Part shown: in pieces, positions 51,128 to 51,187 of the stretch | How positions within the stretch are numbered: position 1 is the stretch's first letter | Layout of the letters: every line of letters begins with the position of its first letter | DNA from: Octopus bimaculoides | Lineage: Eukaryota | Reading direction: 5' to 3' | DNA length: 51,187 nucleotides | Assembly (NCBI RefSeq): GCF_001194135.2 | Contig: NC_068986.1 | Location: 58,238,810-58,289,996, forward strand | The notes under the pieces: model-generated | Database searches by the model: none | The model's input: the letters and a program-made list of their open reading frames with translations, nothing else | What the model was told of the DNA's origin: nothing | Program-made: the position numbers and the translations under genes

Positions 51128-51187
<60 letters not shown>

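Overview
Repeat-dense, AT-rich, non-genic eukaryotic window from a gapped short-read assembly (8 N-gaps, nearly all flanked by microsatellites). The SINE families and extreme microsatellite density resemble an octopus/cephalopod genome (inference, not verified). I could not support any host protein-coding exon; almost all ORFs in the track are microsatellite translations. The real coding signal is fossil transposable elements. These are a ~2.1 kb Penelope-like retroelement of Naiad-like type (21261-23380) directly preceded by a ~390 bp palindrome, an R4/Dong-like RLE LINE sitting in a (TACA)n tract (4145-5213), two diverged maT-like transposases (2212-3085; 49357-49952, absent from the ORF track), a mariner (40913-41992), a CR1-like 3' end, a Penelope-type minimal hammerhead motif (1435-1487) and a DINE-1/HINE-like element. 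There are also more than 20 tRNA-derived SINE copies, including a four-copy head-to-tail chain. All calls come from manual translation and motif recall; no searches were run.
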